Assembly: GCF_006345805.1 (NCBI RefSeq)
Contig: NC_043005.1
Location: 51,212,001 to 51,276,000, forward strand
Reading direction: 5' to 3'
Length of the DNA: 64,000 nt
DNA from: Octopus sinensis
Taxonomy: Eukaryota
Positions 1 through 64,000 of this stretch are shown here, piece by piece. Position 1 is the stretch's first letter. Every line of letters starts with the position of its first letter. Below the pieces are notes generated by a model. It did not search any database. It was given only the letters and a program-made list of their open reading frames with translations, and was not told the origin of the DNA. The translations under genes and the position numbers were made by a program.

Positions 1-218
1 AACATAGGAACTCTAAGTGCAAACTGTCAACCGACATTTATCCCAAAGAAACAAAATATTGTTCGTCGTTGGATGAATTGATACAATAGCAGTTTGAAGG
101 ATTTTTAATTGCAGCACAAGACCAAAGCTTCCCCACCAGAAATTACCAAAAACATATAATGAAAAGAAACATAACAACTGCAGAACATGTGAAGATGGAC
201 AAGAAACAAAAGATGATT

Positions 219-256
<38 letters not shown>

Positions 257-1025
257 AATAATAATAATAATAATAATATAATAATAATAATAATAATTAA
301 TTCTTTTTATTGGCCACAAGGGCTGACACACATGATTAGAAACATAAAGGGACAGAACAGGACGAATAATAATAATGAGCTTAAACATTTCTGTAATATA
401 TTGTTTACAGTTAGTTGCAATGAAATGACCGTGTATATTGAGCTGGCTCTTAAAATCAAATTCATTTCACCGGTATTGTTTGAAATTCAAGACCGGACAT
501 TTAATTCCACATTTATTGACTTAGTTCACTGTTGGGTAATGAATATGTGCCCGACTCAACCTTTAGTTGAAGATGGGACCTGTAATATGAGACTGTGTTC
601 CATTAAGGAAAAGCTGAATCTACTTAACACTTTGTAAATTCGAATCAAGTAACAGCTCTTCTTATATGTAAGCAGATTAATATGTTGATTACTTGTAGGG
701 GACACTGCATTTCGTTATGCACCCATAATATACTATCAAGTATATTAAAGGCCTATGAGTTAATATTGTGCCCCACCTGTGTGTTAGGTGTGTGATTCTA
801 TCACTATGGAATATGTATATACACCTAATACCCACTTTTCTATCTTCGATCGCATTGTTTACGCAGACGTATTCGCATATGAAACGTTGTTACTTTCAAT
901 ACTGGCTCTAAATTTCATAGACACTCTGTAAAGATAACTTTGAAAAGAGATTGATTTGTGTTTCAAAAGTCTCAATCTCCTACATGAAACAACATCTTAA
1001 ATTGTTTTCTTCTTTTTCATTGCAG

Positions 1026-61288
<60,263 letters not shown>

Positions 61289-62021
61289 GTAAGTCATTTT
61301 TCTAACTTAAAATGACACAACACTCTATTCTTATAATATAACATTGGATCCTTAGCATAAAATATATTCTCCCGTCTAAAAAGAAGCTGTACTGGATCGA
61401 ACTTTTAAATAACATTGCTCCATTATGTATCTTTTATTAGAAGGTTGCATTGACCTATAGCCAAAAGTCGCATTGACCCAAGTCAAGGCTAATAATTAAA
61501 TGGTCCTTATACATAGTCACATTTACTCCAAAAATAAAATCGTTTTGTTTCTTAATCAAATCTTACATTGCAGTCAATCTTAATATCCCTTTGGCTCCTA
61601 GTCTACATGTTTTTATACCTTCGTCTAATATTACATTATTTTCTTTCTTTAAGGCGGCGGGCTAGCAGAATCGTTAGCATGCGGGGCAAAATGCTTAGCG
61701 GCATTTCAACCGTATTTAGGTTCTGAACTCAAATTCCGCCGAGGTCGACTATGCCTTTCATCATTTCGGGGTCGATATAATAACTGTTAGTACAAGCAAC
61801 TATCCAACTGTTAATCGTGGTCGTTGTGACGTATTTTCGCGTGGTAGTAGTGGTAGAAGATGATACTGGTGGCATATGTTAAGATGTTGAGCGTAGACGC
61901 AGTGATGCATTCAATGAGAGTCAGCGGCCCATCTCCGATCGACTATTTATTTTGGGGTTGAGGCACTGGATCTATCTATCTTCTTTGATACGAAGATTTC
62001 CTGTTTCTCTGCAAGGCTAGT

Positions 62022-63200
62022 ATGGAGGCGTCTACCTCTTCGGTTCTGTTGCTGGATTTGAAACCTAAGACACCTACTGTCGACTTACCCGCGTTGTGTC
62101 ACCAGCCTGAACGAGGTCATTCCATGACTGCACCGTCTGGAACTCGACACTCTCAGATGCAACAGATAAATCTTCAGCTAAGACGTGATCTCGCTATTCA
62201 CCTCGGTTCCTGCCCTTCCCACCTTCGACCTGATCAAAGAATGTGACGCCTCCTTGGACTTAACACTTTTCGGAATTACCACTTCCGACATTCACCAGCT
62301 ACTGTCAGTCATAGTTGCCAACACACACTTTGATTTCTTTGGCAATACATATAAGCAGTGTTCAGGCCCATCTATGGGGTCCAGCCTCTCATGCCTGCTC
62401 GCTATTATTTACTTAGACTGGCTGGAGTGTAGGGCACTCTGTACCTGCATAGGTTCCCTTTTGTTGCTTGACTTTAGGCAAAATATCATGAACGAGGGAC
62501 ACTGTGTTCTACAGAAAATCAGCCTGCCGAGACCTATTCGTCTATTAAAAGTTGGTCCTCCTTATCAGGGTTAAGTTCAGTTACGTGCTTAATGAGATCG
62601 CCAGGATACACAAAAGATGCAGTGGCAACACCAGCCTGGACGCACACGCTGCTCAGTTCCTAAAGGTACTTGAAGCCAACGGATACCCAACGTCCGTTGT
62701 TAACTCCATACGCGAACACAAGCAAAATAAATGTTGCAGGAGGGACCTCTCTAAAATCCGCTTCATGAAGATTCCCAACTTAAAAGAGATAACCACCCCA
62801 ACTATTTACAAGGTCATCCGCCGGGAAAGCCTCGACATTCGAGACCGTCCCAACGTAAATATCTATCAACGAGGTGGTCACGCACAGAACAACAACCCTG
62901 AACACGAGCGGACTTCCCTATTCGTAACAAGCATATGCCTACGTACATATGTAGTATGTCAGATACAGTGCTCTAAATGCAATAACTATTACATCGTTAG
63001 CACAATCGGCCACTTCACATCTGAAGGAGAACATCACTACCAACGCGTCTTCTTTCCACAGACAACCAAATGTGACAACTACCAAAGATATGATCGCTTC
63101 ATGGGGAAACTCTGAGAGGAACGCAGGAAATCTTCGTATCAAAGAAGCTATATTGATCCACTGCCTCAGCCCGAAAATCAAAAGTCGATCGGAGACTATT
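62022..63200 (+). mobile_element. Penelope-like element remnant (RT and GIY-YIG), frameshifted
   Basis: YKQCSGPSMGSSLSCLLAIIY (PLE RT motif); VVCQIQCSKCNNYYI; NLRIKEAILIHCLSPKI. Confidence 0.8.
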
Positions 63201-63780
63201 AACACTGAACCTAACCAAGAAATGCATTACTCCATCTAAAATCACCGTGTCAGACTTTAAAACATGCATTGATTACTGGTATAAAATTAGGCGATCTGTT
63301 ACCTAAAATATGTATCTCTTAACCTAAAAACATTGATCCCAAGAGCAAAGATCACACTACACACAACCTAAAATTCTTTCGCCTCTCAACTAAAATATTA
63401 CTGATCTCCTCTAACCTAAAATCCCGTTACTCAGTCTACTTATAAACCTCTTGAGAGGAATCTGATTTAATGTACCTCATATTACTTTACTTTTCGTACA
63501 CAGAAACTAAAAACATCTAAAACAAAAATTCAGACAAGGAAACAATGTAAATTTCATAATAGCAATTTACTTTCGTATTTAATTTTCCTGACACTATTCC
63601 AAATCTTTATTACTTCGTCCGTCTTTACGTTCTCTGTTCAAATTCCACCGAGGTCGACTTTGCCTTTTATCCTATCGGGGTCGATGAAATAAGTACCAGT
63701 TGAGCACTGGGGTCGATTCAATCGACTAACACCCTCCCCCAAATTGCTTATAGTAGAATGAATTATTATTATTATTATTA

Positions 63781-63811
<31 letters not shown>

Positions 63812-64000
63812 AGAATAAGTACCGATAGAATAAGTACTGGGCTTACAAAGAATAAGTCCCGGGGTCGATTTGCTCGACTAAAGGCGGTGCTCCAGCATGG
63901 CCGCAGTCAAATGACTGAAACAACTAAAAGAGTAAAAGAGAGTAAAGAGTATTATTATCATTATTATCATTATTATTATTATTCAGTAGTTTTATTTTTA

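Noticed and set aside
63200-63560. Expected HHR downstream of the 62-63 kb PLE ORF
   Set aside because: No CUGANGA/GAAA pair found on either strand by eye

Overview
This is AT-rich, microsatellite- and transposon-dense animal DNA. The repeat families and intron style look like coleoid cephalopod (octopus) sequence, which is an inference from recognition and not a database hit. The whole window lies inside one large + strand gene that starts and ends outside it, and I can trace about 21 exons by splice sites and phase continuity. They encode VWD, C8, TIL, a short VWC-like link, seven LDL-receptor class A modules, a Thr-rich mucin stalk built from micro-exons, and a divergent discoidin/FA58C-like domain. 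That architecture is SCO-spondin-like. The introns hold SINEs, Helitron-type elements, mariner/Tc1 elements and MITEs, CR1 and RTE LINEs, and Penelope-like elements (PLEs). The main hidden signal is a set of minimal type I hammerhead ribozyme (HHR) motifs with palindromic helix III, not visible in the ORF track. They belong to several sequence families and most sit in tandem or outward-facing inverted (fold-back) pairs. The cleanest is at 30533-30592 (-), in a ~504-nt tandem unit that resembles a retrozyme or PLE pseudo-LTR. A second notable signal is that the mucin stalk grew by tandem duplication of a micro-exon-plus-intron cassette, one copy of which is a dead exon with both splice sites mutated. 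Homopolymer indels between near-identical repeat copies suggest long-read consensus noise, so single-base frameshifts should be treated cautiously.
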